This document shows, one piece after another, positions 11,140 to 23,500 of a stretch of DNA of 35,970 bases. Each line of letters opens with the position of its first letter. Within the stretch, counting starts at the first letter, position 1. A model generated the notes under the pieces. It worked only from the letters and a program-made list of their open reading frames with translations. It had not been told where the DNA came from and made no database searches. The DNA is from Octopus bimaculoides (taxonomy: Eukaryota). The position numbers and the translations under genes are program-made. Where the stretch lies: assembly GCF_001194135.2 (NCBI RefSeq), contig NC_068985.1:67534814-67570783 (forward strand). Direction: 5' to 3'.

Positions 11140-11575
11140 ATATGTACTGATGTGAAGATCAGCTGCATTTTGGACACGAATGCGGTTAGAAAAATACAAT
11201 AGAAAGAGAACATATATGGACCATTGACAAAGTGTTTACAAATCCAGTACCCAATATACACTTTCAGCGTCATACCAATTATTACTGGAGCAACAGCATA
11301 GATACTGACCCGTTCGGCGCAAACTAAGGCTGAATGTGGGAACTTGCGTAAAGAAAACAAATTCTTAATTCATATGCTACAAATGTTCTCGATATCTGGG
11401 ACTATAAAAATCTGAAAGAGCTTATGAAAATTTAAAAGATGATGGCTACAACAAAATGCTTCCTTTCACAAACTTGTTACCATGAATGTGGCCGGTTAAT
11501 ATATATTACCGAGAAAAGGGCAAAGAAGTGTTTGGCAAACAGCGAACTTTAGCTTAATAAAAAATAATGTGTATG
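11140..11575 (+). mobile_element. RLE-type (R4/Dong-like) LINE 3' fragment
   Basis: Plus frame CTDVKISCILDTNAVRKIQ*KENIYGPLTKCLQIQYPIYTFSVIPIITGA...LQMFSISGTIKI*KSL*KF, homologous to the endonuclease ends at about 26.2 kb and 32.1 kb. Confidence 0.8.
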
Positions 11576-12375
11576 ACATATTTTAACAGATATATTTACG
11601 GAAAATTACATAAAAATATCTTGAATTACTAAAGACTAAATTTATTCAATAAAATCGCCATAGACTTCGACCACGGCCTCGGAATCTCCTGCAACTCTTC
11701 TGGACGGTCCCATTGTTTAAGTTGGTGCATGTTTCTATAATCCGTGCCTTCAAATCATCTTTGATGTTACAAGGAATTTTGTTGGTCTCTCGCCGAACTG
11801 CGACCAACATATAATAATCAAGGGTATTGCAGGCTGGGGAGTTAGGTGGCCACATGTTAGGGGTGGTGTGATCTCAGAAATTGTCTGACAGCCTTGACTG
11901 GGTTCTCCTGCTTGCGTGGCATGGTGCAGAGTCCTGTTGCCAGACACAGGGTCTTGCAACAACTATCCTCTTCACTTAGGGTAGCACTACCTCCCCCAGG
12001 CAGTTGATGCAGGCCTCCGTGTGAAGTATGAGACGGTGTAAGAAGATGAATGGAGGTATAACGTCGCCATCATTAGTGATCACTCCAAACGCCATGATGT
12101 TGACTGCATGTTTGATTTTTATCACTCTCGGTACATGTCCTCAGACTGACTCCCAAACACTCTGAAATATTCGTTTCAGATCTTCCGGCGCGAATCCCAA
12201 GCAATACAGCATGTCGTTTCCAAATTTCTGGCAGAGTGAATTGCGTCATGGTGCTATATTTCTCACACATGATGCCCAACTGATCCTACAATATATGTAG
12301 TCGACAAATAAAAACACAAAAGACAGTGTGCAAAATTAAAAATATAAAATAGTGACAAGTTACCCATCGCACACG
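11575..12375 (-). mobile_element. DD37D (maT/mori-type) Tc1/mariner transposon, internally deleted and decayed
   Basis: MTQFTLPEIWKRHAVLLGIRAGRS...(HTH) joined near 12135 to IMAFGVITNDG...WQQDSAPCH...WPPNSPACNTLDYY. 37 codons counted between the two Asp. TA plus terminal sequence at 12375-12377; other end missing. Confidence 0.9.
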
Positions 12376-12902
12376 TATATATATTTATATATATATATAT
12401 ATANNNNNNNNNNNNNNNNNNNNNNNNNNNNNNNNNNNNNNNNNNNNNNNNNNNNNNNNNNNNNNNNNNNNNNNNNNNNNNNNNNNNNNNNNNNNNNNNN
12501 NNNNNNNNNNNNNNNNNNNNNNNNNNNNNNNNNNNNNNNNNNNNNNNNNNNNNNNNNNNNNNNNNNNNNNNNNTATATATATATAAGTGTGTGTGTGTGT
12601 ATACGTATCTGTACATGTATGCATGTATATATTTATTCATTCAGCATATTTAGGTGCGTTTGTGAGTAAATGTGAACTATTCCCTTGATCAGTCGTTCAC
12701 TTCGATTTTTACCAACACCATTTCACCTTTGTTGTTGTGGGACCATGATTCTAATCTTTCTCTTCCCGCCCAACTCCCTTGTTTCTCTCGAGTATTTAAA
12801 TTTGGTTGCAGCATATGGAATTATGTTTCTCGCTTCTCTACTTCCTTATGTATGCTTCCTCTTATGAGTTGAATCTACAGTGCCTCTATTTCGAGTGATA
12901 CT

Positions 12903-12995
12903 ATTACATAAATATATATATATGTGTGTGTGTGTGTGTGAGTGTGTGTTGGTGTGTTTGTCTGTGTGTTTGCGTGCTTGTGTGTGTGATAGAGA

Positions 12996-13043
<48 letters not shown>

Positions 13044-13095
13044 CAGAGAGAGCCAGAGCGTGCGCGCGCGCGCGCGGTAATGTGTATGTGTATGT
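12903..13095. repeat. Compound (TA)(GT)(GA)(GC) microsatellite
   Basis: Direct reading. Confidence 0.9.
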
Positions 13096-13527
13096 GTGTT
13101 CATTACACGTGTTGATTGGATTTTTCTTTTCATCTGTTCAAACTTAATGCTAATGTTTATCCGATGTTTTCTAGTTAAACCCATTTCAATACAACGGCTC
13201 CAGCAGTAACTAACTTGTTTCTTTGTTTCTTTCTTTCTTTCTTTTTTCTGGGGTGGGGGAGGTAATTCAGATATTTAAAGACAATCGCAAAATTGTTGGT
13301 TTTGTTAAGATGCCTTACTGCGATTTATTTACTATTTTTAAAATGTACGACTGTGAAAAAACTAGTTCTCACTCATCCCGCTTTCTCTCTCTTACACACA
13401 CACACACGTACACACACACACAACCACACACAGACGAACGCACACGGACGCAAACATATATACACATATCATCGCATTCTCTTTTTTCCTCATTGTCTGT
13501 CTCTCTCGTTCCATAATACTTTTCCAG

Positions 13528-13607
13528 ATTACGGAGCTGCCGAAGAAAATATTGATTATCAAAGGATATTAAAACGAATATGGCATTTTGTAGAGAGAGA
13601 AAAATGA
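13528..13607 (+). CDS. Candidate terminal coding exon of an unidentified host gene
   Basis: Long pyrimidine tract plus CAG acceptor (13525-13527); phase-1 frame (x)YGAAEENIDYQRILKRIWHFVEREK* in non-repeat DNA. No family recognised. Confidence 0.3.
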
Positions 13608-14985
13608 AGTGAGAGTTACATGTATGCGCATGGAAATTGTATTAAATACATGGAGGGGGTGACTTTAAGTAAATATATTCTATTCACATCCATCTGTCAG
13701 TAACAATTCCATAGTGCCACTTGTTCGTTAACGGAGCAAAATCTTGTAAAAGTATCTGTACACATTAGCATATTAACCAAGGGAAGAAAACCAACGATCT
13801 ACCCCTAATCTCTCTAGGATCATAATCTAATTCCAACAATATATTCTCGAATTGTTTCGCGTTATTCTTTCATGTTACCTTACAAATATGTCAGTCTCAT
13901 CGGGTCAGTAGTTAATCCAAATTTTTCTTATTATCAGAAAAATATATTAACTGTTGTATACTTAATGTTTTATTCATTAGTATGCATACGTGTATATGTT
14001 ATGTTACGTGATGGATATGAAGTTAAGCCGATAACGCATAATACAGATACATATGAACTGCCAACAACATGCAATTTTGAGTAAAAGGCATACTGTTTAT
14101 TCGATCAGATTTAGAACATGAAATTGGAATGTTCTTTCAATTCTCTCCAGAGATTATTGATTGGTAAACACTGTAGCATGAAACAAATGAAAACGTGTTT
14201 ATCCTTCGCTGAATGCGAAATTAATAAAGGAAACAACAAAACAAATTAGTATTAATTTTTTTGTGAAATGTAGATTTAATATTAGATTTATCCACTGAAT
14301 AAAACAGTTCTCTAAAATCTAGTTTTAGAGATATTTTGGTAATTGGAAGTTGTAAAGCAATATTTTTGATTAATCACACTGTTAAACAATATGCACAATT
14401 GCAATAACATACGTACCAGGATATTTATATCTCTATTACAACTACTTTAAAATTGATATTTTTTTCTTAAAATTGGAAATTTATTGTGCAATTAGCTTAA
14501 AACATTGCCAGGTAAATATTTTATACATTGTATAAAATGAAATGATAATGAGCATTCAGAAATAATGTGTTTGGGAAAATTAACAACTTTGATACCAAGT
14601 AAATATAAAACAAATTGAAAACAACGGTATTTTTATTGTGTATCATTATATTATCGACAAGTTACTTATTTATATTAAATACAGAAGACATGCCTTCATT
14701 TTGCAAAGCAAGCTGAACAATAATTTAAAATTCGTTGGCAAAGTTGACGTTATTTTCGGATTCAAAAACTACAGTGCTAGATATCTGAGCGTGAAACGTT
14801 GAGCAAATGTTTCATTGTATAAATAGATCATAGAATTTACACTGGAATTTGACAGAAATCAGTAACACAGAAAATGTATGAAAAGTCCATTAATATATAT
14901 ACATACAGATTCACATTAATACATACATTCAGAAGCATATACGTATATAAGTATGTATTGGTTCATATACATTTATATATATATA

Positions 14986-15965
14986 GGGTATCCCAGAAAG
15001 ATTTACCTGTCGATATTTCTTAATTATTCAAAATAAATTTAAGATAGGATAATGAAATTTAGTGTACCCGTTTTAATGTCAATTTTCAATCCATTGTAGT
15101 AATTACATTTCAAAGTGATCACCCTTCGCCTTGATCATAACATTGTACTACCTCTTTATCCAGCTTGACCCATGAAGACAGAAGGATTTGCATCAGATCT
15201 GATACATTTGAATAAGAGCTAGCACAAACATTACTCTCTAAGATGGACCAGATAGCGATTGATATCTGAGATTGATATCTGCACATGAGGGAGGCCATAT
15301 CGTCTTGCTCCAAATCCGTTGAAATGCACTTTGCACCACCTTTGTGTAAAATTGGATGTATGGGCCGCACCCGATCTTGAGTGAAGACGTGACGGGCACT
15401 AAAGCATTCTGTGACCCAGAGTAATAGTCTCTCATCCAATATTTCCACATAAACTTCACTGTTAACATTTGACGCCAGTATCGATATAGATCAAGGGAGA
15501 CTTGGACCCATCAGATGCAACTGTGGCCCACACAGTGAGTGAAGCTGCCTTTTGATGGCGTAAATAACTCCTGGTACGTTCGGGAAAATATCCTGCAATA
15601 CGTGCATAAAGCCTGTCATTCTCCCAGTTGGTGACTGCCTCCACAGTGAAGATATCGTCGGACCAAGTCAACACTTTGTTAGTGGCGCGCTTCATCTCAG
15701 CTAACATAGTTTTAAACCTGTCGAGCAGTCTCTTCTTGAAAGCTGCTGAAGTTAACTGCCAGGATCGTTTCTTGCATGCAGTTAGCTTTAAACTCATTTT
15801 AAAAATCCTGTGTATCGACGATTTCGAAATATCAAGAGCTTTTCTTGCATTCGTGCTGGAATTTAGGTTCGCACGCTTCTTCACAGCTTCAACAAGGAAT
15901 TATCTTTTGCTTTGCAATCAGATTATGGCACCTACTTCACCAATTTCATCAACACTTTCTGTACA
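14986..15965 (-). mobile_element. maT-like Tc1/mariner transposon, decayed
   Basis: AVKKRANLNS...ISKSSIHRIFK...WSDDIFTVE...NDRLYA...SLTVWATVASDGSKSPL...GVK...VFTQD...WPPSCAD...IWSILE. TA|GGGTATCCC terminus at 14984-14994; other end replaced by a LINE fragment. D-D spacing not countable because of frameshifts. Confidence 0.88.
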
Positions 15966-16180
15966 CCATTAGGGCTAAACGCTTTATAAAGGCTATCATT
16001 TTGCTCATATTTCTAATACTGTTCTCTGTAAAAAGGATAGCGTCTTATTGAAGATGAGAAATTGCCTGCTTCAGATTGCAGAGCCATTCAACTCTACTAT
16101 CATGTTGTTCATGCTTGCTCCATATCTCACCTCGAACATCAGGAACTAAACTTTCGCATGCTAAATAATAAATTTCTTCA
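15965..16180 (-). mobile_element. RLE-type LINE fragment (region just upstream of the RT domain)
   Basis: GEIWSKHEQHDSRVEWLCNLK and YKAFSPNGVQ resemble the FW..IW...HN..AEW..LK and WKAPGPDGVQ motifs of R4/Dong-like ORFs. Confidence 0.55.
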
Positions 16181-16460
16181 CATTATTTACATTTGACTGA
16201 TATTTGTCCTTATCTTGTTTGTTGTTAACACAACGTTTCGGCTGATATACTCTCCAACCATCATCAGGTGTCTTGAGGAAATTTAGAACCTGGGCTCTCA
16301 TTCCTAAAGTATTTTTCGATGTTGTTGTTGTTATTATTATCATTATTATCATCATTATTATTATTATTATTATCATTATTATTATTATTCAGGACACTGC
16401 CTGGAATTGAACTCAAAATCTTGGGGTTAGTAGCCGGCGCTCTTAACCACTCCACCGTAT
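16181..16460 (-). mobile_element. Short non-autonomous retroelement: tRNA-like head, (ATA/ATG)n, hammerhead ribozyme, AT-rich tail
   Basis: A-box GGTGGAGTGGTTA (16456-16444), CT-ACT-AA loop (16433-16427), B-box GAGTTCAATTCC (16414-16403); microsatellite 16389-16320; HHR 16272-16227. Confidence 0.75.
16227..16272 (-). ncRNA. Minimal type I hammerhead ribozyme
   Basis: GACAC-CUGAUGA-U-GGUUG-GAGAGUAUAU-CAGCC-GAAA-C-GU-U-GUGUU: both core boxes intact, helix I GACAC/GUGUU, helix II GGUUG/CAGCC, loopless palindromic helix III (AACGUU). Confidence 0.8.
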
Positions 16461-16544
16461 GACGGACAGATACCCGTCAAATGTAAATAATGCAAATAAT
16501 GTGCATAATTTCTCATCTCTTAAATATAGAATTGCATTAATTTC

Positions 16545-17465
16545 TTGCAAAAATCTTTATTCCACGATTCTAAACAACTACTTTTGTCGGTGTTGTTTAA
16601 TCCGTTGCTCAAACCTAGTTAGTTTTAAAGTGGAAGGTACCACTAGTGACCATTAACATTTCTGTTTTGATGTCCAGGCTGCGGATCTCGTCTCCAGTTC
16701 AATATCCCAAATGTATTGGCACTGAAAAGGCATTGTGACATATGTCCTTGTTCAATGCAGACAGCATTGAGTTCTGTATTTTCCAGAGTTTACAGAAGTA
16801 TTCTTTTGTTATTCTGGTTTTAGAAACAGCACCAACATAGGGAATATTCTCATCGATTCCGAAAGGCTTGTAGTCTTCTTCATTAAAAATAAGGGAGATA
16901 GGCAAGCCATTGACGTACATGTTCTCCGAATGTTTGACAAACTTTCTTCGGCTAACCATCATGTGTATTTATCTTGTCCAAATTTCATTCCTATGTTTCA
17001 TGAGAATGTTGTAACTTGTTATAATTGTCTATCAATGTTTTTCATGTTACACGAATATCACTTTAGATCATCAACAAAACAAGGGCGGGGTGACCTTAAT
17101 GTTATTCTTTTCTGCATATATCAGTATGTGATTTTGCTATTTTGTTAACAAGGTGAGGAGGGGTTCGCTGCCAGCACAAACGTTACAGAAAAATTCCGCT
17201 TGTAACAATAGGCGTTACATTAGTAGTTGTGAGTGCTATCAGTGAGCACCATGCTGTGTTCATTTTTTCTATTATATTCACTATAGCGGTTGGTACTTTG
17301 GCAAGGTATATTGATTCTATCATACATGACAGTGAGAGAGGCACAAAGTTCAACGCTTTCTTGTAGTCAAACCATATTGTTAAGAGATTGCGGTGGTATT
17401 GCGTGGCTTCCTCAATGACAGATTCAGTGCGAAAGAGCTGTTCAGCACAGTCTGTCCATCATTTA
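16545..17465 (-). mobile_element. RLE-type (R4/Dong-like) LINE, reverse transcriptase domain remnant
   Basis: CAEQLF...VIEEATQYHRNLLTIWFDYKKA...GIF...FVLAANP...CFVDDLK*YS...IGMKFGQDK...YKPFGIDENI...HNAFSVP...EIRSLDIKT. Confidence 0.9.
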
Positions 17466-17764
17466 TCACATCTTGTGTGTGTGTATATATGTATGTATGC
17501 AATTATATATGTATGTACGTATGTACGCCTGCGTGTGCGTATGCGTAAGGGATGTGGCTAGAATGTGTTTCAGGAGTGGGCATTAATTATTGATATTTAT
17601 TTTCCATTCGGGTATTTTAAATATAACGCCCGTGAATACGTATTGAAATGTAGCATTTCGCAGTCTACATAAACTCATTTATCTTACTCTATATTGGCAG
17701 AAGATATTTGGGAAATATGTGTGTGCGTGAACTAACGTCTTTGTGAATATATATATTTCTATAA

Positions 17765-17768
<4 letters not shown>

Positions 17769-17844
<76 letters not shown>

Positions 17845-17860
17845 ATATATATATATATAC
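17769..17860. repeat. (TC)n(TA)n microsatellite
   Basis: Direct reading. Confidence 0.95.
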
Positions 17861-19517
17861 ACGTATGAATTTTGTGTGCGTGTGTGTATATGTGTGTAGG
17901 TGTGTCTGCATGTGTCTGTGTGTATATATCTACAGATATACACATGTACAGTTAAATGGGCTGTTACTAATTCATGTAGATATATAATTCATTTATTCTG
18001 TCACTTGTATCGTCTTTGATGAGATATTGAGTTATGAATTTACGGTGATTTTCAATGTTCTCTTCTAAGTAATGGCTAACTGAGGTGCAACAGGTTCCTG
18101 AAATCATAAGGAAATGTATTTACGCTTGACGGCCACTCTACAGGAGAAAGTATTTTAACCAAAGCTCTATAAACGGTGGTCGATCCTTGTAAATAATGAA
18201 CCTTACAATTCACATAGTTGTTTTTCAAATAAATATCCCCTCACTAAAATCCATCACTGTCGAAACTTTCTTTCAAGATTTCTAGTTACCATTATCGCTA
18301 GCCACTCAGTATTACGTCAGCCGCCTCATGGGTTCCTTGTAATTACTTGATGTAATATTTTCAGACAATTATCCAACACATATGAAGCGATTTTAACGTT
18401 GCTCTGAATCATGAAATTCCCATTTGTATCATCCTAAATTAACATCGTCACTCTGTGTAAAAACATTGAAATCATTTTGTTAACATCCCTATTGAATTGT
18501 ATCTTGTAACGATTCGCATTTTCTGGAGTTAGCTGTAGGATAATTACGGATAATTGGGCATGACATGACCGATTAGGATCAAACATTGAGATTGTAGAAG
18601 GCCATGTCAAGTTGATAAATCTATGGGTGACTTGCGTTAACCCAGATCAATATAACGGATATCCTGCACTTTGCTGGCTCTGCCTTCTATAGAAATTCTT
18701 TCTGAGAACATATTATGTTGAAATAATTTGTTTCACTTAGCCAAACGATATCATCAATTAAAAAAACATACATGTGTATATATATATATTTATATATATA
18801 TATNNNNNNNNNNNNNNNNNNNNNNNNNNNNNNNNNNNNNNNNNNNNNNNNNNNNNNNNNNNNNNNNNNNNNNNNNNNNNNNNNNNNNNNNNNNNNNNNN
18901 NNNNNNNNNNNNNNNNNNNNNNNNNNNNNNNNNNNNNNNNNNNNNNNNNNNNNNNNNNNNNNNNNNNNNNNNNNNNNNNNNNNNNNNNNNNNNNNNNNNN
19001 NNNNNNNNNNNNNNNNNNNNNNNNNNNNNNNNNNNNNNNNNNNNNNNNNNNNNNNNNNNNNNNNNNNNNNNNNNNNNNNNNNNNNNNNNNNNNNNNNNNN
19101 NNNNNNNNNNNNNNNNNNNNNNNNNNNNNNNNNNNNNNNNNNNNNCGTGCATGTGTGTGTGTGCACACGCCTAAGTGTATATATTAGGTAAATCCTATTC
19201 AATGTCTATGGTTATACACATAGTATAAGAATACACGCATACAATTATAGATAAGGGAACCTGTGTTTCTTTGCATGCATACACACACACACACACACAC
19301 ATACACACACACACGCATACACACACACACACAAGCACATACATATATAGATCGGTAAAACACGCATATATGACACTGTATGTTCATGATATTGTATTAT
19401 ATCGTTTGCTTTACTGAATTTGATATCACATGCTTCCCACGACTATATCAGCGTCATTACACACATATTCAGTTCCTTCAGCATATCTGTATATTTCTTT
19501 TGAAAAAGTGGTGGTCA

Positions 19518-19549
19518 TGTTGATGATGATGATGATGATGTTGATGATG

Positions 19550-19610
<61 letters not shown>
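19518..19610. repeat. (GAT)n trinucleotide repeat
   Basis: Direct reading. Confidence 0.95.
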
Positions 19611-19611
<1 letters not shown>

Positions 19612-20440
19612 GTGGAGGAGGAGGGTCGTTACGATAAATAGAAACAATGCAAAATCTACGGGAGTGGAAATTGTACAAAAGTAAACGTAGGAGGAAGAGC
19701 TAAGAAGAAAATAATGTGGAAGTAAATTTCAAATGTAGATGAAAATGAAACAGAAAAGGCGTGCATAAGTGGGAATAGAAATTGCTAGAAACACTAAGAA
19801 ATGGGAGAAGTAAGATTTTGAAACAAAATATGACAAAACAATAAAGCATAAATGAAATAGTAAAGGACAATGAAATAGGAAAAATATTAACTAACTCATT
19901 CACCTGTGAATAGTAGTTAAGCCAGTGTTAATATATTCAATGGTGTGTATATTAGAGAACCAATTATAGGTGAGGAAAATTCACAATGTTTATTACACTG
20001 TTTCATAAGACACAATTTCGAACAAATTTTGGCCGTATTGTGACCCGTCAACTAGGTGGCTATTCAAAGTCCAATATTGAATTACGTAATCAGTATACAA
20101 TTCTGTGTTAATTATTACAATTATTATAGTTTGAAGAATATACATCAGTGCACAATCTGGATTGTACAATTTATGTTTCACAAAATGATGCTATAATTTT
20201 GCACCGTTATTGCTCTAACATATTACATTTGCTGCTAAATGATTTAGTATACAATCCACATTGCACGGCATTTTACGCAAGTATCTGCTGTAGTAGCCCC
20301 AGTTGACTAAATTGAGCTGTAGCGGTTTACAAAATATTCAGCACATTCCTCCTCCATTTGTCGAAATGAAATAATGTTAGTCCTTGACGTAGCTTTTGTT
20401 TTTATCCACATTTATCAATAGTAATGAACAAGCGACACAT

Positions 20441-20441
<1 letters not shown>

Positions 20442-20523
<82 letters not shown>
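20442..20523. repeat. (AGT)n trinucleotide repeat
   Basis: Direct reading. Confidence 0.95.
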
Positions 20524-23500
20524 AATATAAAATGCATATATTAATCACAAGATTAATTAGCCAGTGTGCTGTTTGGAAAATACACCTTCATTTCTCAGCT
20601 ATCAAAATCTTTTAACAATGCGCTCAAAACTGATTCTAGTATTAGTCTCCTTTAGAAAAATTGATATGATTAATAAAAATACTACTTATTTATGAAACAA
20701 AATATTGTAGCTCATATTGATAATTCATATAAAATACAATTTTCAAATCAATTTATAGAGTATATTAAAATAGACTCTCATGCGAATCTTTTCACCAACC
20801 GATTTTAACTTATTTTGTCGGGAGCTGTTTAAGGGCTTCCATCATGTAAAATTAATAACTGTATATGTTCTTAATAGATATTTACTACGTTTGTCCTTTA
20901 ATCTTTTCTTGTTGTATAAATATTTAAAGCAATGGGAAAAATAAAATAACTTGCTGCATTTCTTCAGGCTCTTTCCCTTCTGATTTCAAGTCCAACCACA
21001 GTCAGCTTTGCTTTTCATCCCAAGAGGCTCAACAAAACCAAATGCTTGTTCATCGCTATATCTGATGATATAAAGAAACACTGTCACATCGACACTGCAC
21101 CCGTTCGTTGTGTATATATTAGAAACAATTGTTTTGCTATAACTAGGCTAATATTCGCCTTGATTCAGTAGTGACCTGTAACGTGTTTTAACGTAACAGT
21201 GTTTTCTTCCTCAACAAATGAAAAGCTAGGTTTAATTTCTGAGAGATTTGGTTGTCAATTTCAGCTTTGTCGAACGAAGGCATAGAGACTCTATTATTAC
21301 TTTAATTTTATGTATGAAACGATATTTGCCTTGTTTATAATCATTGTTAACAAACATTCCTACAAAACACATATTTCAATACACTCAACTAAACAAACAT
21401 GCGACCATTTAGTAATACAATATTTATCAAAGAGTGGCGATACAGTAGCACATACATGACAGACGATATTAAATTATTTATTTAAAACGATCCTCCATTA
21501 TTTCTTCCAGAGCTACCATTGATTGTGTTATATATATTTACGTTCATAATCGTTTAGTCGACTCATGTATTTAATTTCTATAATCCGCTTAATTTATTTT
21601 CCTACTTATCGTCAAGAGTCTTTAAATTCTATAGAACATAGTATGTCACGTCATATTTCTCGTGTAATTGTTTTTTTTTTTACAAAAAGACCTATTAACT
21701 TCATGCTTAACTTCAGTTAAACATCAGGGATTTTTGAAAATTGAAACAGAAAGTGATTTTATCTGAATGGAATTTCTTAAATTTATAAAACAAATATGTG
21801 TTCAAGAGATTCCAGTCTACTCTGTTTTTATAAAGATCTTTTTGTAATTATGACTAACCAATTAGTTTTTGCATCAAACTTTCAATCGTAGCATATAGCC
21901 AACAAATATTTGAAAGTATTTCAAAATATAGTCCAATGAATGTTTTTATTCTTCATCACATTGTTTTCTGGAAGAAATATTTGAATACTATCACATAAAA
22001 CAGTTGAATAAAATCATACTAGACAGAAGTTTATCTTTTGCATCAGAGAGACAATTAATATATTTCTTGTAATGTATTGCCTTTACCAAATTCAAATAAT
22101 CGCATAAGATCTAATATCTTATCGCATCAAAAAAGCAATATTTCATAAAAGTGGTATAAGCAAATTTCTGTTCTTGTGCAGTCGGTGTAGAATTCTATTG
22201 TGAATCCGGCTACAATTGATGTAATTAAGTTGATTGTTACTGTTTTTATTTGTATGTGTCTGGCGCAAAGTAATCGGATGTATTATAATCATTCAGTTTG
22301 ACCAGACATTGAATATCTGGTACAATAATAACTCAATGAAACATCGATTTTTTAAAAAGAGGATAAGGTGTGATTTGCCTGTTCATTCGTGTAGGTGTCA
22401 CAACGATGCACACGTTTTTCGTAGTCTCGGGAGATAATTTAGTTTTATCAATTTTTTTCAGGAATCCAAACTTGATTCCCTAAAGGCACATGAACAGTAT
22501 CGATGGAAAATTACATGCATTTCCCTAAAGATTCAGCGAAATATGAAGGAAAAGTCCTCCACACTACCCATCGAGAAACATAATTTCAGCCTATCTTTCA
22601 GAGAATCGATGTTACTGCCATAATAAAATATTGTAATTTAAACTACAAAAATTTGTTTTTCACTCATTTTAGTCACTCACTCCACATGTGCTGCATTTTA
22701 TGTTATGCTGCATTTCTAAAATAATCTTTGAAATATACAGACAGGCTGGGTGTAAGCTGGTATTTCAAAGGCACATGTGCAGTTGAAACAGAATTTAATT
22801 TCAAAAATGTATAATAACATTGATTCGCAAGCGAATGCAACCAGGAGAGATGTTTGTAACAATATGCATTATATAATAAAGAAGATAGATAGCACATTGT
22901 GTATTCAAAACTTATATCTACATTGTAGTAATTGTAAAAAATATTAAAATAGTAAACATCCACTTCAGAATTCGAGTTTCCAGATTTATAAACACAATAG
23001 CTTATCATATAACATTAACGCTAATGTCTGATCTCGAAATTATCACTCACTGAGGACAAATAATCCATAATCACCGTTACCAAAAGTTGCGAATGCATAA
23101 ATCAATGAGTAATGATAAGATTAAGTTTGGGTTATGTACATATGTATCATTCTAAGAATAAATATTAGGTTATATGAAAATTTCCTCAGTGACTTTAATA
23201 TATTCCAGATAATAGTCTGTTGAACACTTGTATTTCACTATATCTCTCTAGAAATTCACGCCGATCGTTCGGCAGTGATTCCAGGTGATTATATCATTTA
23301 GTTATTCGTATTTGATTTTAATTAAGAATATTTCTTATGTGCCTTATCATATACACATTAGCGCAATATCGAATTAGCGAAGTTCATAAAGTCAATGAAT
23401 CGTCTTTCGATTGATGCGTGTTAAAGTCTTCTAAACAATTTCACACTTTGATTTCGTTCTGAACTCACATTGAAAGTAGAAAATAATTTCAACAAGTATA

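Noticed and set aside
19426-19684. Poly-His, poly-Met and poly-Ile ORFs
   Set aside because: All are translations of the (GAT)n repeat, with no coding context or splice support.
20424-20615. Poly-Ser ORF
   Set aside because: Translation of the (AGT)n repeat.
21063-21085. CTGATGA...GAAAC spacing suggesting a hammerhead
   Set aside because: The 6-nt spacer cannot form helix II, and helices I and III do not pair.
22703-23008. 101-aa minus-strand ORF
   Set aside because: Tyr/Asn-rich composition typical of AT-rich non-coding DNA; no recognisable motif.
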